This document shows, one piece after another, positions 12,101-24,272 of a stretch of DNA of 64,000 nucleotides. Position 1 is the stretch's first letter. The number at the start of each line of letters is the position of its first letter. The position numbers and the translations under genes were made by a program. Source of the stretch: Balanoglossus misakiensis (taxonomy: Eukaryota; Animalia; Hemichordata); NCBI GenBank assembly GCA_040954595.2, contig CM082594.2, forward strand, positions 12,044,985 through 12,108,984, given 5' to 3'. The notes below the pieces were generated by a model. The model was given only the letters and a program-made list of their open reading frames with translations, did no database searches and was not told the origin of the DNA.

Positions 12101-15100
12101 TAGCCCATCATGTTCTTTGACTTCCAACTTTTGCTATGTGATTTACATATTTTTCTATTTGGTGTGTCAAATAGTACTAAATTTATAGGCATACAGAAGT
12201 GCATTAATACTCCTGCATATAAAACTTGCAACTTTTTCAATTTTTGTCATGTTATTTCAGTCGTCTCGTTGCAGAGAACTCGTTAACCTTAGTGATCCAA
12301 CACCAATCATTTTTTTCCGTCGGCTATTAAGATCTCGTTTTACATCGACAAGGAAGCGGTATTAATTTCATGGATGACAAATGATCACGTCTTGCATTTT
12401 CAAGTAACTCGATGTTTTTTGACAAACTCATATCAGCAGTTTCTTGACGTGCTCAAATGAGACATAGGTATAATAGCTAACGACATACTTATATCAATGC
12501 TTTCCATTGACGAAACAGTGGTACTGCCACAAATTGCATGATTATGTTTTGCGATTAGTAATGAATTTCGGAAAAAGAGTTGTCAAGGGGAAATATGTGC
12601 CAGCACATCAATATGCATAATTATTAAATAGTGTTTTTAATGAGGAACCAACCTCGAAACGACAGCAGTCGATGGCGTTGTTGATTGCTTTGCACATTCC
12701 AGAGATTAACCGTAGTGAAAATTCAGTTTAACATGTCGGAAACTTATGCAAAACGCTGTGTGGTTTAATCACAGAGAAACGAAAAATTGTCAGTGTTAGC
12801 CCTATACTAAAAGACATCAACTAATTCTCTGTGGCTGCGACGTATACCGATGATAACTTTACAACCAGAACTCTCATTTGCCATATGGCTTCATGTAATT
12901 AAAAAAGAAGGATTCTCTGATATGATTGATGCCCCCAAGCAAAACAGTAATTCTGTACTCAGAAATGAATGTATAATAAAACTGGATAAATTGGTAAATT
13001 AATGATTATTTCCCTGTGGTTACAGATATTGTTTCAGTCCTAAAATCGGGAAAAAGACCCCAAAAGTGCTCTAGGGAGATGAACATGCTCGTAATATTCG
13101 CTTAAGTTGTTAGCAAAAAACATGAAATAGCGGTGTCATTTACAATATGGTGATTTCAATAATTACATGCATCAAGCATTTTTTATCCATTTAAATTTTT
13201 ATCTAACCAATACATTTCATGTTTTATATATCCGATAATCAAGTTGGGGACATTGAAGGCTGGCAAAGATTTACTGATGTAAAGATTTAATTGATGAGAA
13301 TAATTTGTTGCCCCTTGAACACCATTAACAGAATCCTTCAAACATTTCTACTGGACAAAATGCAATGCAAATTTGGCGAAATCATAGGAACACCATGTAC
13401 GCACAATGCGCATAGGTAAAAGCGTTCAGACCCAACCAGCATAGGTGATTTCTTATCTTATAAGAGACAGCCAACTGCGAGTTACATATGGTTTTATCAA
13501 CCTTTTATGTATGAATGTCCGGCGCAAAAATATGAGTCTTACATTTGGTATCCATAAGCAATCAAACCCCATTCCTGATAATATAAAGTCTGCAACAATA
13601 AGCAGTTTTGATTTTGCCCGTATGCCGGTAGAACGTGACAAAGCCAAAACCACGCATCCTTTTCTCATTGTTTTCTTGAAAAAACATATTGAACATAATC
13701 ATGAAATGTTATGCATCCTAAAAACGATGCCAATCACGTAATTTTACCCATCGAATTATGAAGAACCAATATTAAGCTTTCTGTGTGGATTCATTTGATT
13801 AAATTTGCCTGCGGCGATAAGGCATTACAACTTCACCTGGTAACTGCATTACGATATTAATTCAAAATCTACAAGCGAAAAACGTCTCGACTTAGAATAA
13901 CCCCAGAAAATAACTTTCGTCTTATTGTATTTCAGTTTAGCCCTTCAACTTGCTTTATCTTAGGGTGGAGATCAGCAAAATGTCAATCAGGCTGTTGTTT
14001 TGTGTCCGTCATGATTCTAGATATTGTGAGCTTGTTTAGTTTTATGACAAGGGTTAAATTTCACTCTATTGACCTTTTATAATGGTCTGACCTTTGAACT
14101 ATATCGATCAAACTAAAGGGTATAGCAGTAACATTACAGCTATTGTCATCGTTAAATAGCTTGCTATGAAATATGAGTCAAATTACTAGACATTGAAATT
14201 AAATGTCTAGTAATTTGAATGGTTCCAAATGAGGAAACTTTTGAACCTAAAAAGCATCTTAAACCTATTGAGTCTACCCCTAACCCTCAAATATCTGAAC
14301 ACTTTGGTAACCTTCCTCTAAAAGCTAGTAATCCCTAGCAAAAAGAAACACCCCCTGTTAATTCTGTTAAATCATTTGTTGGCATTCTTGAGTTTGTCTG
14401 TGTACTCGGTAAAATATACTCATGCGAGTATTCAGATGGATTATTGCTGAGAATATCGATGGTGTTCCAAAATATCACGTTGAGTAAAGTCTGATTTATC
14501 TCCACCATGCTTGGAGTGGAACATAGTATGCATTGTGCACATGGAGAAAGTGAGTTATGAAACTTTGATTTTCTGGAATAATCAACAATTGACTAAACCA
14601 ACAAAATGTTGTACTGGCATGTAACAATTTCCCTAGTACAACCAATTATCGGCGCCCTAGTAAAACTAAGATTAAACGTACGGTGAAACGGGTACCACTT
14701 ATATACATCAGGGTTTTTGTCTCCCAACTGCAAATACGTAAGTGTGGATTTTATTTTACTACCTCTGAAGTGATGAGCTGCATTACATGTAGATTCGATA
14801 ACGAGGCTGTTGCAAGGACAACACAGGCAGGGTGAGGTATCTCACAGAATTACCTGTAACATGTATTTTCACTCAATCCTTGGACAATGGCTTATATGTG
14901 TGAGATATTTCACGGATGGGAAACTAAATAAAATCTAACAAGCGCTCATTATCTGTCCCCTGGTGACTAACACAATCAGAGAAATTTCCGGTTATCCGCA
15001 CAAGTGCGGCAAAATGTTAGAGGCGCCGTCATTACCATGGAAATGTAAAACGTCAGCTATTTCGTTGCCCTAGTACCTGTGGGACAAAATAGTATTAAAC

Positions 15101-17043
15101 AACATGCAAAATTGCACAAGTTGGAATCTATAGGGGAGACATGTTAGATCCAACAGTGAGTTATGAAACCCCACCAACTGCTTCTTTAATAGCAACATGT
15201 GCCTGTAGGTACCATTAGCTTTATATTTAAAAAAACTAGTTGCCAATACCTTGTGGAAAATACTCTAATGCATAGCGATTAATCTCGTGAAAGTATACAC
15301 CAGGTAATGACTTTTATAGCATTGTATTTCACCATGTCTGCAGCTGCTGCAGCAATTTCTGGCACGATATTATCGTCTATAATGGTGGATTAATACCATT
15401 AAAGGCACGGTTAACTGATGCCTTTAAAACCACTTGAAACTAAAAGAAAACTGTCAAAAACAGATAAGATTAACACTTGTTTAATGGATGGAGCTTTTAT
15501 TTAATTAATCGTGTATTTTGTTTAGTATCAATGCCCCTATTGTGGATTTTCGTAACCTAGTTTAGGCATAATCTTAGTCTCGGTTACCCAGACGCCTTTG
15601 CTTCTTCCGATGCTCTCCAGAAAAGGGTCTGGGGAAATGCTATTGAAAGCTTTGTAAAACAAAATGGCCGATGTCAGGATTTTGATCATCGCCTGATTGG
15701 CTGAGCTCTCAGTATGACCCGGGTCATTGCAATAGTTTCGACAATCGTCTACCAAAGATATTTCATATAATTTCTCCAACAATGCTAACAGAGGACGCCT
15801 TTTGCCTTTCGCATCAACCAACAAGTACCAGTCTCTTGATATGAAGATACAACAAATAATCACACATTGTCGAGAGTCAGTGACCCGGGTCATACTGAGA
15901 GCTCAGCCAATCAGGCGATGATCAAAATCCTGACATCGGCCATTTTGTTTTACAAAGCTTTCAATAGCATTTCCCCAGACCCTTTTCTGGAGAGCATCGG
16001 AAGAAGCAAAGGCGTCTGGGTAACCGAGACTAGCATAATCTTAGTTTTGAACTAAAACCATTTCATAGATCATTCGCTGAGGCATTGCCTTGAAACTTAA
16101 ATCACAGAATAATGATTTTATTGTGCGAAATAACCGAAAACAATGTTTTGGTCAATACAGCACTAACCTGACCATTTCATCAAGTGGTCGAACTTTTGCC
16201 AAAATTGATGGTTTGTGAAAACAAAGGCTCAAATTATAACGCATTTAATTACAATGTATTGCCGAATCAATGGCAGTATGAATATGCAAAGAATTACCTA
16301 TGAGGAGATACGTACAGTTAAATCGCAGAAAAAATTAAGACACACTTACTGCGAGCAATTTGTGAAATTTCTTTAAGTAGTTGTTTGATATTACTGCTTC
16401 CATTGAACTCTTGGAGTTGAACAATTGTCATGTTCTTGCGTTCTGCTGCCTTCTCGAAGGACAACGCCGGCTGCTCAAAGAAATTCGAGCCAGGGTTACT
16501 CGTGTTCCTCTCAACGAAAACAGCGATACGATCCCAGCCAAAGTGTTCAGCCACTGTTGTGAAAAAGTCCCCGAACTGCCAAAATGTCCCGAACGATCGT
16601 ATCATAGTCTCGAAGCGATACTTCTTGATGAGGAATTTGTCATCCAGGCAACTACTGCACATGTAGGCGGTATTCCAAACCATAGACAGCTTGGCGATCG
16701 GTTCCGCTTCCACTGAGTAAACCGGCCCGAAAAACGCGCTGTATTTTTCCTCATCAGTGAGGTTGAGCACGGCTGCTAGGGTCCTGATATCGTAGCCCGT
16801 GGAGTTGTAAATTGTGTATGTTAGATTATGCCCTGGTATCAACGTCTGATCTCTGTTTACTTTCTCCAATGCGATGAAATGTGCTGCTCCTGTGCGTCCC
16901 TTGCTGAACGGCGTTTCCCAGTCCGACAGAGTTATCAGCAGACGGAAATCTTCACAAAGAATTGGATGTGGTATGAAACATAACACAATTAAAGATTTCG
17001 GAATGACGAAGAGAAATTTGAGAGATCGCGCAAACCGTGTCAT
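92..17043 (-). CDS. Receptor-type guanylyl cyclase (atrial natriuretic peptide receptor NPR1/2-like), 5' part, 9 exons, ~571 codons; 3' end outside window
   Basis: Spliced model join(17043-16350, 8144-7843, 6755-6620, 6012-5918, 5294-5156, 4917-4833, 2117-2006, 1454-1386, 172-92) with consistent phases. It shows an ANF-receptor-type ectodomain (HDTVILYATALNETL, GNITIDMNGDRDADF), juxtamembrane PPRDEPICGF..C, one TM helix, MLWRIDFDDL, and the start of a kinase-homology domain (FTKTCTYK|GNVYAIK...LLELKQ). The cyclase domain is not in the window, so the call rests on family architecture. Confidence 0.9.
1386..1454 (-). CDS. Receptor guanylyl cyclase exon 8 (start of kinase-homology domain); donor reads GAAAGT
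   Basis: ttttcatttcag| TSTVSLKSTADNDHVFTKTCTYK |gaaagt; 69 bp, phase 0/0. Confidence 0.75.
2006..2117 (-). CDS. Receptor guanylyl cyclase exon 7 (cytoplasmic juxtamembrane)
   Basis: tgtag| KYKLQQAIANMLWRIDFDDLILHGQKIGTTTQQTPVK |gtatga; the LWRI motif is typical of this family. Confidence 0.85.
3349..3625. mobile_element. Hairpin-containing non-autonomous element (Crypton-like architecture) in cyclase intron 6
   Basis: Imperfect inverted repeat 3351-3492 (AGCAATAACCCC...GGGTATAC..GATTTGGGTACAATTCG...TAGCAC / GTGCTA...CGAATTGTACCCAAATC..GTATACCC...GGGGTTATTGCT), then a tail with CCAATCAGA. The family assignment is from recalled similarity to TAAGCAATAA..TTATTGCT hairpin elements and is unverified. 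Confidence 0.5.
4833..4917 (-). CDS. Receptor guanylyl cyclase exon 6 (transmembrane helix)
   Basis: tacag| EPTNPIYIVASVFAGLVVSFVGIIVVMYR |gtatgt. Confidence 0.88.
5156..5294 (-). CDS. Receptor guanylyl cyclase exon 5 (juxtamembrane Cys motif)
   Basis: tcag| VVAHYFGHSKTYQEVPGRTIHWPGGLTGPPRDEPICGFFNEHCPQK |gtaag. Confidence 0.9.
5918..6012 (-). CDS. Receptor guanylyl cyclase exon 4
   Basis: cacag| (G)IQGNITIDMNGDRDADFMMYDMTDPENGTFQ |gtaatt; not in the ORF track, translated by hand. Confidence 0.9.
6620..6755 (-). CDS. Receptor guanylyl cyclase exon 3
   Basis: tacag| VSVLAGMAHDTVILYATALNETLAEGGDPYDGKLLVKRLYGRTFQ-G |gtcagt. Confidence 0.9.
7843..8144 (-). CDS. Receptor guanylyl cyclase exon 2
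   Basis: tgacag| IFISARGENVRKFMLGAYDLGLINGDFVFFCIEF...YEYADDEE |gttaga; phase 1 to 0. Confidence 0.9.
14178..14218. repeat. Perfect 17-bp inverted repeat with 7-nt loop
   Basis: TCAAATTACTAGACATT-gaaatta-AATGTCTAGTAATTTGA. Confidence 0.85.
15575..16032. mobile_element. 458-bp MITE with 152-bp TIRs and 9-bp TSD (Academ/AcademH-like termini)
   Basis: Termini TAGTCTCGGTTACCCAGAC...GTCTGGGTAACCGAGACTA; arms 15575-15726 and 15881-16032; direct repeat GCATAATCT at 15566-15574 and 16033-16041. Confidence 0.88.
16350..17043 (-). CDS. Receptor guanylyl cyclase exon 1 (signal peptide plus N-terminal ANF-receptor domain)
   Basis: ATG at 17043, MTRFARSLKFLFVIPKSLIVLCF..., GAAHFIALEKVN, AFFGPVYS, HFGWDRIAV; donor A|GTAAGT at 16349. 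Confidence 0.88.
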
Positions 17044-18230
17044 CTTGTAACCAGCCTTTCTGTGATGAACGGATGTTGCTACCGCAAACGGTTCACCGAA
17101 CGTTTGGTTTGTGAAGTTAGCACCGAATGTGAGCAAAGCTCTGCAAGACTTTCCGCCTACAGCTCGTCCTGATTACTTAGTCACCTTGGCGACGAATTAG
17201 AATATGCAGATCGGGGTTGGGGTCCTGATGCGCGATGACGAAACTAATCAGTGCGGCTGACAAGCACGTGTGAACTCCCACTGTCAATGTTAGTTGTGAA
17301 TCCTTCTACATGACGCTGCAATTATGTATTAACCAACTTAAACAGGGTCTTTTCTGGGTTTGTCATACGCAAGCTGATCAATAATGCGTTGATATTTTTT
17401 CATTTTAAAATGCCCTTCAATGGATACATCTACAATGAATCCAGGGTGATACAATTGTCATGATCGTGTTTCCCTATACTCAGTAATAATTCGATGTCAT
17501 CTCGTTGCCGAAGACGTATTTAAAATGCTATTAGCACGGAATTTGGTAATTCATTTTCTTGATTTTAGTCTGAACTATTTTTAATGTACTTTGTGGTACT
17601 ATCAAGCTTTTAAAACCCTTGTTTAATACTAAACGAAAGAACGTTTGCAAAAAAATATGGACCAGGGTTTTCCATGATGTAAAGTGTACTTGCTTTGAGC
17701 TGAATGTGCCACTGATCATTGATGCTGCTAGTCACGGCCATGTTTAAAAGGCTTTAGAATCTTTGGCAGCCCTTGTCTGTTTCGGCCCCCAATTTACATG
17801 ACCTGATAAAACGGCTAGGGTCAACTACAAGTGTGTATACTAAAATGCGAACTGATCCACGGTACTGTGAATCAAATCCATCACACATTGAAGCAATTTT
17901 GTCTCTATTGTATCTGTAGTTGCATGGTCAATAGATTTATAGAATGGTGATACATGTAATTCCTGGAGTGAATTTCAATCTTGTTTAGAATTCAATTGAA
18001 GATAAACAATACACTAATAACACATATAGATAGATAGATATGTACACAGAGTAATTTCAAAAATTGTCTAGCAATTTTCTTGACATAAACTTGGTCAATT
18101 CATGTACTAGAAATTATGCTGGGCAGTTCATAATTTTTGCCTGTCCATGGAGTAAAATTAAACCCAATGATTCAGCATATTAGCGACAAACATTGAGGAC
18201 AACATAAAAAATGTAAACTTAGTCTACTTG

Positions 18231-20580
18231 AATAATGTCAAAAGGTCTTCCAGTGGAAGCAGTCTTAGGAATAGGCCTAATTCAGGCGTGTCGTCAACTA
18301 CTGCTGGAAAGCCCTCTGTATCAACAGGTATGGTTGGACTAACAAATATTTGTGGTATGGCTTATGTTCCAGGCTAAGACTTATTTGTGTGGAATGTGAT
18401 TGGAATTGGATGTGCTGACTTTGGCAGATGCATGACTGTTGCATTGCTTTATCTAGTGTAAGCATCCCAAGCTTTTTGCAGTCCTTTTGGTGCTGTAGCT
18501 TCTCGATTACTTGCAGGAGGTGCTTGTAACACCCAATGCTAAATGCACACTGTATTGAAAATCTCTGTCTTTGGCTAAATCTTGCAAACAGCTCGAAGCC
18601 GTACACGCCCGAACTCTGCTCTAAATGGTGCCAGAACAACTGTTGCCAGACCGCCTGTGTCCACTGCCAGAACTGCGCCAAATAAAACCGTTACCAGAAG
18701 TGCTGCTGCGAGCAATAACAGTATGCAACACAATGGTATGTGCAAAATATCTCTGCTGTCTTTTCTACCCTGCTCTCTTACACGTATACAGTGACTGTAT
18801 GTATTATAAATTCTGTCAAAAAATTCAATAAATGACTGTATGATACGCTACATGGAACAAGACGTGCAGACTATGGCCAGTTAGGAAGGGATCATTTGTT
18901 ATCTGCTTAAGAAAGTGGACTTGATTTGTTTGTCTTGTGTTTTATTCAAAGGTGGACTACCGACGTCCAAGCCCAAGCGTGCTGCCTGGGATTATAAGGG
19001 CAGGCTTGAAGACATGAGTAAAGAGATGAGATGCATGTCGGAATCCAATGCCTCCTTCCAGCAGCTGATGCAGGAGACACAGGAGAGACTGAACGTCTTG
19101 GAGGAACAGAAACAGCAACTGACTGGCGTAGTGGTCGAGAAAGAACAGGTACACACAGAGGCGGAAGAGAAAATCAGGCGCCTAGAGAAAAGATTAAAGT
19201 AAGGAGAGCATATTGTACATCTCTGATAGCATAAAGTGTTTCAGTCTGTAATCTCTGGCAGTATTATGAAGACTGCATCAGTGATGTGTGTGGCTTTGAG
19301 GTCGTTTTGGGCCACAGTGACAGCACAATTATCACAAACACACTTGATTTATATCTGAATGTATACTCCATTGCAGGGAGCGTGAGGAAGACTTCGACAA
19401 CCTTGAGAGACAGTTGTCTAAACTGAAGAGAGTAAAAGAAGACTTGGAAGGAGATTTCAATGCGGCAACACAAGAAATCAATGGATACAAATTTACAGTG
19501 TCACAGATGACATCAGAAAAATTGGGACTTGAATCAGAAAATAGCAATCTGAAGGTGAGAGAAGACACAGTGGTTGTATAGGTTTTCCAAAATATTAAGA
19601 TTTAATAATATTTTTGACATTTCTGTCATATCTCGCATTTAGAGCAGATACAAAATCTTACCCCAGGAAATTGACTAAGGGATCTTACAGGTTACACATA
19701 TGTATCTGACTATTTTTTTATTTTTGTAATCATGCAGAGAAATTTAGAAATTGTAAAAGACGATTTACGGAAAGAGATTGAAAACTGTAAGAGAAAGGAT
19801 GACATGATTGGAGAACTGGAAAAATGGTGGCAGAGAGAGATGCCTGTTTGCGTGAACATGAAGCAAAACGAAGATATCTGCATAACCAAATTCAAGAATT
19901 AAAGGTAATTGTAGCTCTTTGTTGTTATATATTATATGCTTAATCCATCTTTATTCAATCTTTGTTCATTTTCTACATTTAAAAAATTTGTAATGATACT
20001 TTCCTTTATATCACCAGGGTAACATTTGAGTATTTTGCCGAGTTCGGCCCCTGGTTAGCAGTGAAATAGAATCTGGTGTGAAACCGCTTTCCTTGGGTTT
20101 TCCCGACAATGACCAGAAAACGATTGAATTGGAGAAAGCTGGAGAGGAGGTAGGTGATAATCATAATTGAAACTATTTGACAGGTAAACTTGTATATAAT
20201 AAGAATGTAAACTCGAGATTTGACTCTTGAGTCTCTTGATGAACAACTGGATTTGATTTCTTCTCCACAGAACGCTGTAGGCCGTGGCAAGAAGAAGGAT
20301 CAGAAACAGACTTCACATTTGACAAAGTGTTTGATCACGATAGTTAGCAGTCTCATGTCTTTGATGAGATCTCCCAACTTGTGCAGGTAAGACCCTGAAT
20401 TCGGAACATTTTTCTTCCATCCTTGGACATATCGCTGTGTTACAGTTTACAAATAGCTGTTTTGTGAGGGCGCTATAATTTAGAATGACCAAGTACCTTA
20501 TTAACTGAGGAACTATCTCCTTGTTTTTCTAGTCTGCATTAGACGGTTACAATGTGTGCATCTTCGCATACGGCCAGACC
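18231..20580 (+). pseudogene. KIFC1: Kinesin-14 (KIFC1/HSET/Ncd-like C-terminal motor) unprocessed, truncated pseudogene
   Basis: Exons ~18231-18327 (5' edge uncertain), 18592-18735 (or 18720), 18952-19198 (KRAAWDYKGRLEDM), 19377-19554, 19738-19904 (..KRRYLHNQIQELK), 20018-20149 (GNI*VFCRVRPL), 20271-20386 (DFTFDKVFDHDS*QSHVFDEISQLVQ), 20533-20580 (SALDGYNVCIFAYGQT). Lesions: 1-bp deletion in the A-run at 19820-19824, TGA at 20027-20029, 1-bp deletion at ~20308, TAG at 20345-20347. Homology ends before GSGKT. Confidence 0.9.
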
Positions 20581-22671
20581 TATTCACAAAATGATATTTG
20601 TGAGTCAGTTGGGCAACCTCGTTCTGCTGCAAAACCAAAAGCTAAGAAAGTTATCATGTGGGACGCCGGGCAAGAAAAGAGCGCGGGGAGAACTCAAAAA
20701 GATGTCGTCGACCTGTCAACTACAATTTAAAATATGGAAAAAACAAAAAACAATAAATGAAATCGTGATCTGTTGTCAAAACACATTTCACGATGGCTTG
20801 AGGTGGTCAGGAAGAGACTAAGCTTTCTGACATAGCTTTTGATTCACTTATAGAAAGAAGTTTCGTCATCTTAAATCGTTACCAAATATGGTACATTTTG
20901 TGTCACGTGCAATTGCTATATTAGGCAGGCAAATTTGCGGATGACAACTTAAACATGCATCAGCACGATGCCCTAGGCTGAAAATGTTTCTGATTTGGAG
21001 AAAGATGACCAAAATTTGGGCAACATGATTACATCTATTTTCCAAGGATGTGAGTCACAGACAAAGTCTCCCAGAGCGACAGTTGCAAGAGAAGTTTACA
21101 GTGGCGTGCAAATGACGTTTGATGAAGCCCGAATATGAACCGTCATTTTGTGTTTTATGACACACCGCATTCTCATTCCGCATAAAAGATACCACAATTC
21201 TAATCTGGCAAAATGGATTATGTAAATTTGGTAAATCTTTATTCATCGTCAGTCACTCGACAATTATTGATATTTTCAGTCTGCTTGCAGTATAAATGGA
21301 AATATTTCATATGCTTATATTTAATTTGTTTGTTTGTTCTGTATTTATACATTGTAATTTTGAGTCAATGGACTGGACTGATCGTGACATTTGCATAGTA
21401 AACGCTTTCACAACAAAGAGCAGTGTGTTTCATACATAGTGTGCGATAATTGGCCTACAGGTCCGGCATGTTGCATTTATAGAGCCAATGAAATGATAGA
21501 ACACTTTCGTACATGTCGGTAGCCATATAAATGTGCTTTGAATCCCGTCTGAAATTTTACGTGCCAAGTGAACACAAATGGACAATGTTAGCATATTGTG
21601 ACATTTAACTATATATTATAACATAAACAACAGTTTTATTGCTATTCTAGTGTCTTCCAATGTGTGGCTGAAAAAGAAGCAGCTTCCTCTTTGTATTATC
21701 TGGGTTTAATATAACGGTATGAATATATGAAGGTGACAATCTTGGACATTAGCTAGCCCTGCTTGGAAAATTCCATCTGTGGTTTTGCATACATGTTTAA
21801 GATAAATGTGTTCCATTCTAGTCATGTTTACTTTGATTTGACTTCGTGTGAACTTTAGTCCCACCGATACATCCCATCTTTTTATGGTTGGACAGATTAT
21901 GAAAATATTTCTTAAAATTTACAATATGTTTTCCAGTGATGTAGAAAGTTTTATTGTATGTATATAATATAAAAGTTGGAATAAAATGTTATGTGAAATA
22001 ATCGTTTTTATTTAGTGGGTTGTGCTTCTTTTCCTGTTTCTCATAACTGCCAATCATACTCTTAACCCTATAATTTCTATTTCAGAAGCTACCAGAGCGA
22101 AACGTTCAATTTATCTCCTGTGATTAAATTCTATTTTTACAGGTAGCAAGAACATATTCCTATTGAACATACTAGTATGTATGAACAATAAAAGTCGATG
22201 TTTTTACCTTAAATGTATACATTTATTATCGGTTGTTTAATCTGTATTGATTTCATCGACGGAAGTTGGTATTTTCGACAATTAAAATCGGCACACAAGA
22301 CTTAATAATACTTTAGGAATGAAATTATAATTAATGCAGTTTTCTTCTTTTGTTGCAAATGTATATCTGAAAGTTTGCAGTGGAGGAGCGTGATTTTATG
22401 TTCGGTCATTGGGTCTTCGGCTGCACTGACTTGTGGTGGTAGTGAAATCTTCTGCAGAACGGTAAATGGCTTCGCTTCCGTTATTTTGAGAAACAAAACT
22501 ACTATAATTGAGGTGTTTTCGTCTGGTAAACGATTGCTAGGCAACAGAATCCCAAATCTCCCTAACGACCATGTTTGAAGCCAGGATATGATAGTCGAAA
22601 AAAGCCAGCTGGGAAACGTCTACTACTTTCTTTGATAAATATCGCTGGCTTAGACGATTTAAAGAAAAACA

Positions 22672-23010
22672 TTTGATAAAATGATGAGCTATAACCTATG
22701 AAAAATGTCAAGAAACGACAAAATGACCGAAATTCGCAAAGTCGGAAAGCTCTTGCTGACCGTGGTGGTCACGGACATTTTTTGGCTCTAAGAACCACGC
22801 TCTTCCTAATCGTGGTGGTCATGGACATTTTTTGGTCCTAAGAACCACGCTCTTCCTGACAAAAATGACCGAAATTCGCAATGTCGGAAAACTTTCATTT
22901 TTTGATAAAAATCATGAGCTATAACCCATGAAAAATGTCAAGAAACGACAAAATGACCGAAATTCGCAAAGTCGGAAAACTGTCATTGTTTGAAAAAATC
23001 ATGAGCTATA
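22672..23010. repeat. Short nested tandem repeats: ~88-bp unit interrupted by a 50-bp unit (about 2 copies)
   Basis: AAAATGACCGAAATTCGCAA at ~22720, ~22862 and ~22950; CGTGGTGGTCA.GGACATTTTTTGG...AAGAACCACGCTCTTCCT at 22761 and 22811. Confidence 0.8.
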
Positions 23011-24272
23011 CATGTAATAATTTGTGATCTTCTGGCCGTTGGTGGCGTCCGATCCCGCTGCACAGGTGAGACGCAGGGTCATGGAAAATACAATGCACCT
23101 GTGCTACGAGCTCATCCACGTTTTAAACGCAAATCGCGCAGAGCGACCCGGGCTATCAAGAGAGCAACAACCTGCAGAACAAGAGGATTTTGTCTGACAA
23201 GCTACGGGAATTTCTACAGCCCGGAAACCAAGATAAAGAACATATTATCTACTAGGTAAGTAACCGGTATTTACTAAAATTAGCGCTCCGACTTTCGACC
23301 CTAGTGGGGAAAAGGTGAAGACCCAATTCGTTAGTAATTCTATCCTAGTTTTCGAGAGAGTAGTCGGAGTACTCGCCATTGTTCCAAGAAGCGACGTGGT
23401 TTTTCGTTTGAAACGTGGCGCGGACGCCCGGCCCAATTGCGTTCAGTTTTCAACACTTGCACCAAATAAATCTATTCACTAGTTTTTTTCTGATGAGAGC
23501 CAAGGAACTATAGTTGTCGTCGAGCGAAAATACGAGCGAATCTCCAAGTGTAAAATGTGTAATATTTATTGAAGTTCGGAATGCTGGGGGCAAGTTCAAT
23601 GAATAATGTTAGGGGAGATTTCCGTGAGTGTTTCTGTGTCGGATTTTTGCGCACATTTTCTAGCCAGTTTATTACTGCATTTTTGCGTGTAACAAAATCC
23701 GCCTACAATAATTTCAAAAACTTGCTAGTTGTGGTTTCAAAACACCGTGCAGAACTGCATTTGGCTTTTCCGACCGGCATTATTGTTGATCTGCTTGTCA
23801 ATAATATTTAGGTGTCCCATTATATTACTCTATTGCGGGTTCTATTATTATTGTAATACACTCCGACTATTGTATTATTGATATCAATCGTATTAATTGT
23901 CATGCTGTATTACTCAATATCATTGCGAGTTGTATTATAGTTGTGACATAGTCCGTTTATTTTAGTGGTCATTGTCATTTCATTCTGATCAAACGTGGTA
24001 TTGCGCGGTAGTATATCTTGCGAGTAATATCGCATTGTTATACATTTATTTAGTCTGTACTCTGCGCGGGTAATAGTTTCGGGTAACAATATTTCTGTCA
24101 TCTCCCGATATTACTCTGTATTATTGGGGGTAATATTTAGCGGCAATCGATCGTCTATTTATCACGGAGTACAACTTGTAACGTATCATAATGGAACTCA
24201 ATTTAAACACCGATACTTTAGAAGTACTTCTATGCACGTGTTCAATTTTTGTCAGGAGTTTGACCTAGTTTA

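Noticed and set aside
15537-16055. Two opposite-strand ORFs with an identical peptide (DPGHTESSANQAMIKIL...)
   Set aside because: Consequence of the MITE's inverted arms; no transposase motifs.
17044-17136. Longer N-terminus of the cyclase shown in the ORF track
   Set aside because: It starts at a non-ATG codon; the first ATG (17043) precedes a plausible signal peptide.
18915-20821. Intact functional kinesin gene with assembly errors
   Set aside because: One homopolymer indel could be an error, but two nonsense codons, a second frameshift and loss of the rest of the motor together argue for a pseudogene.
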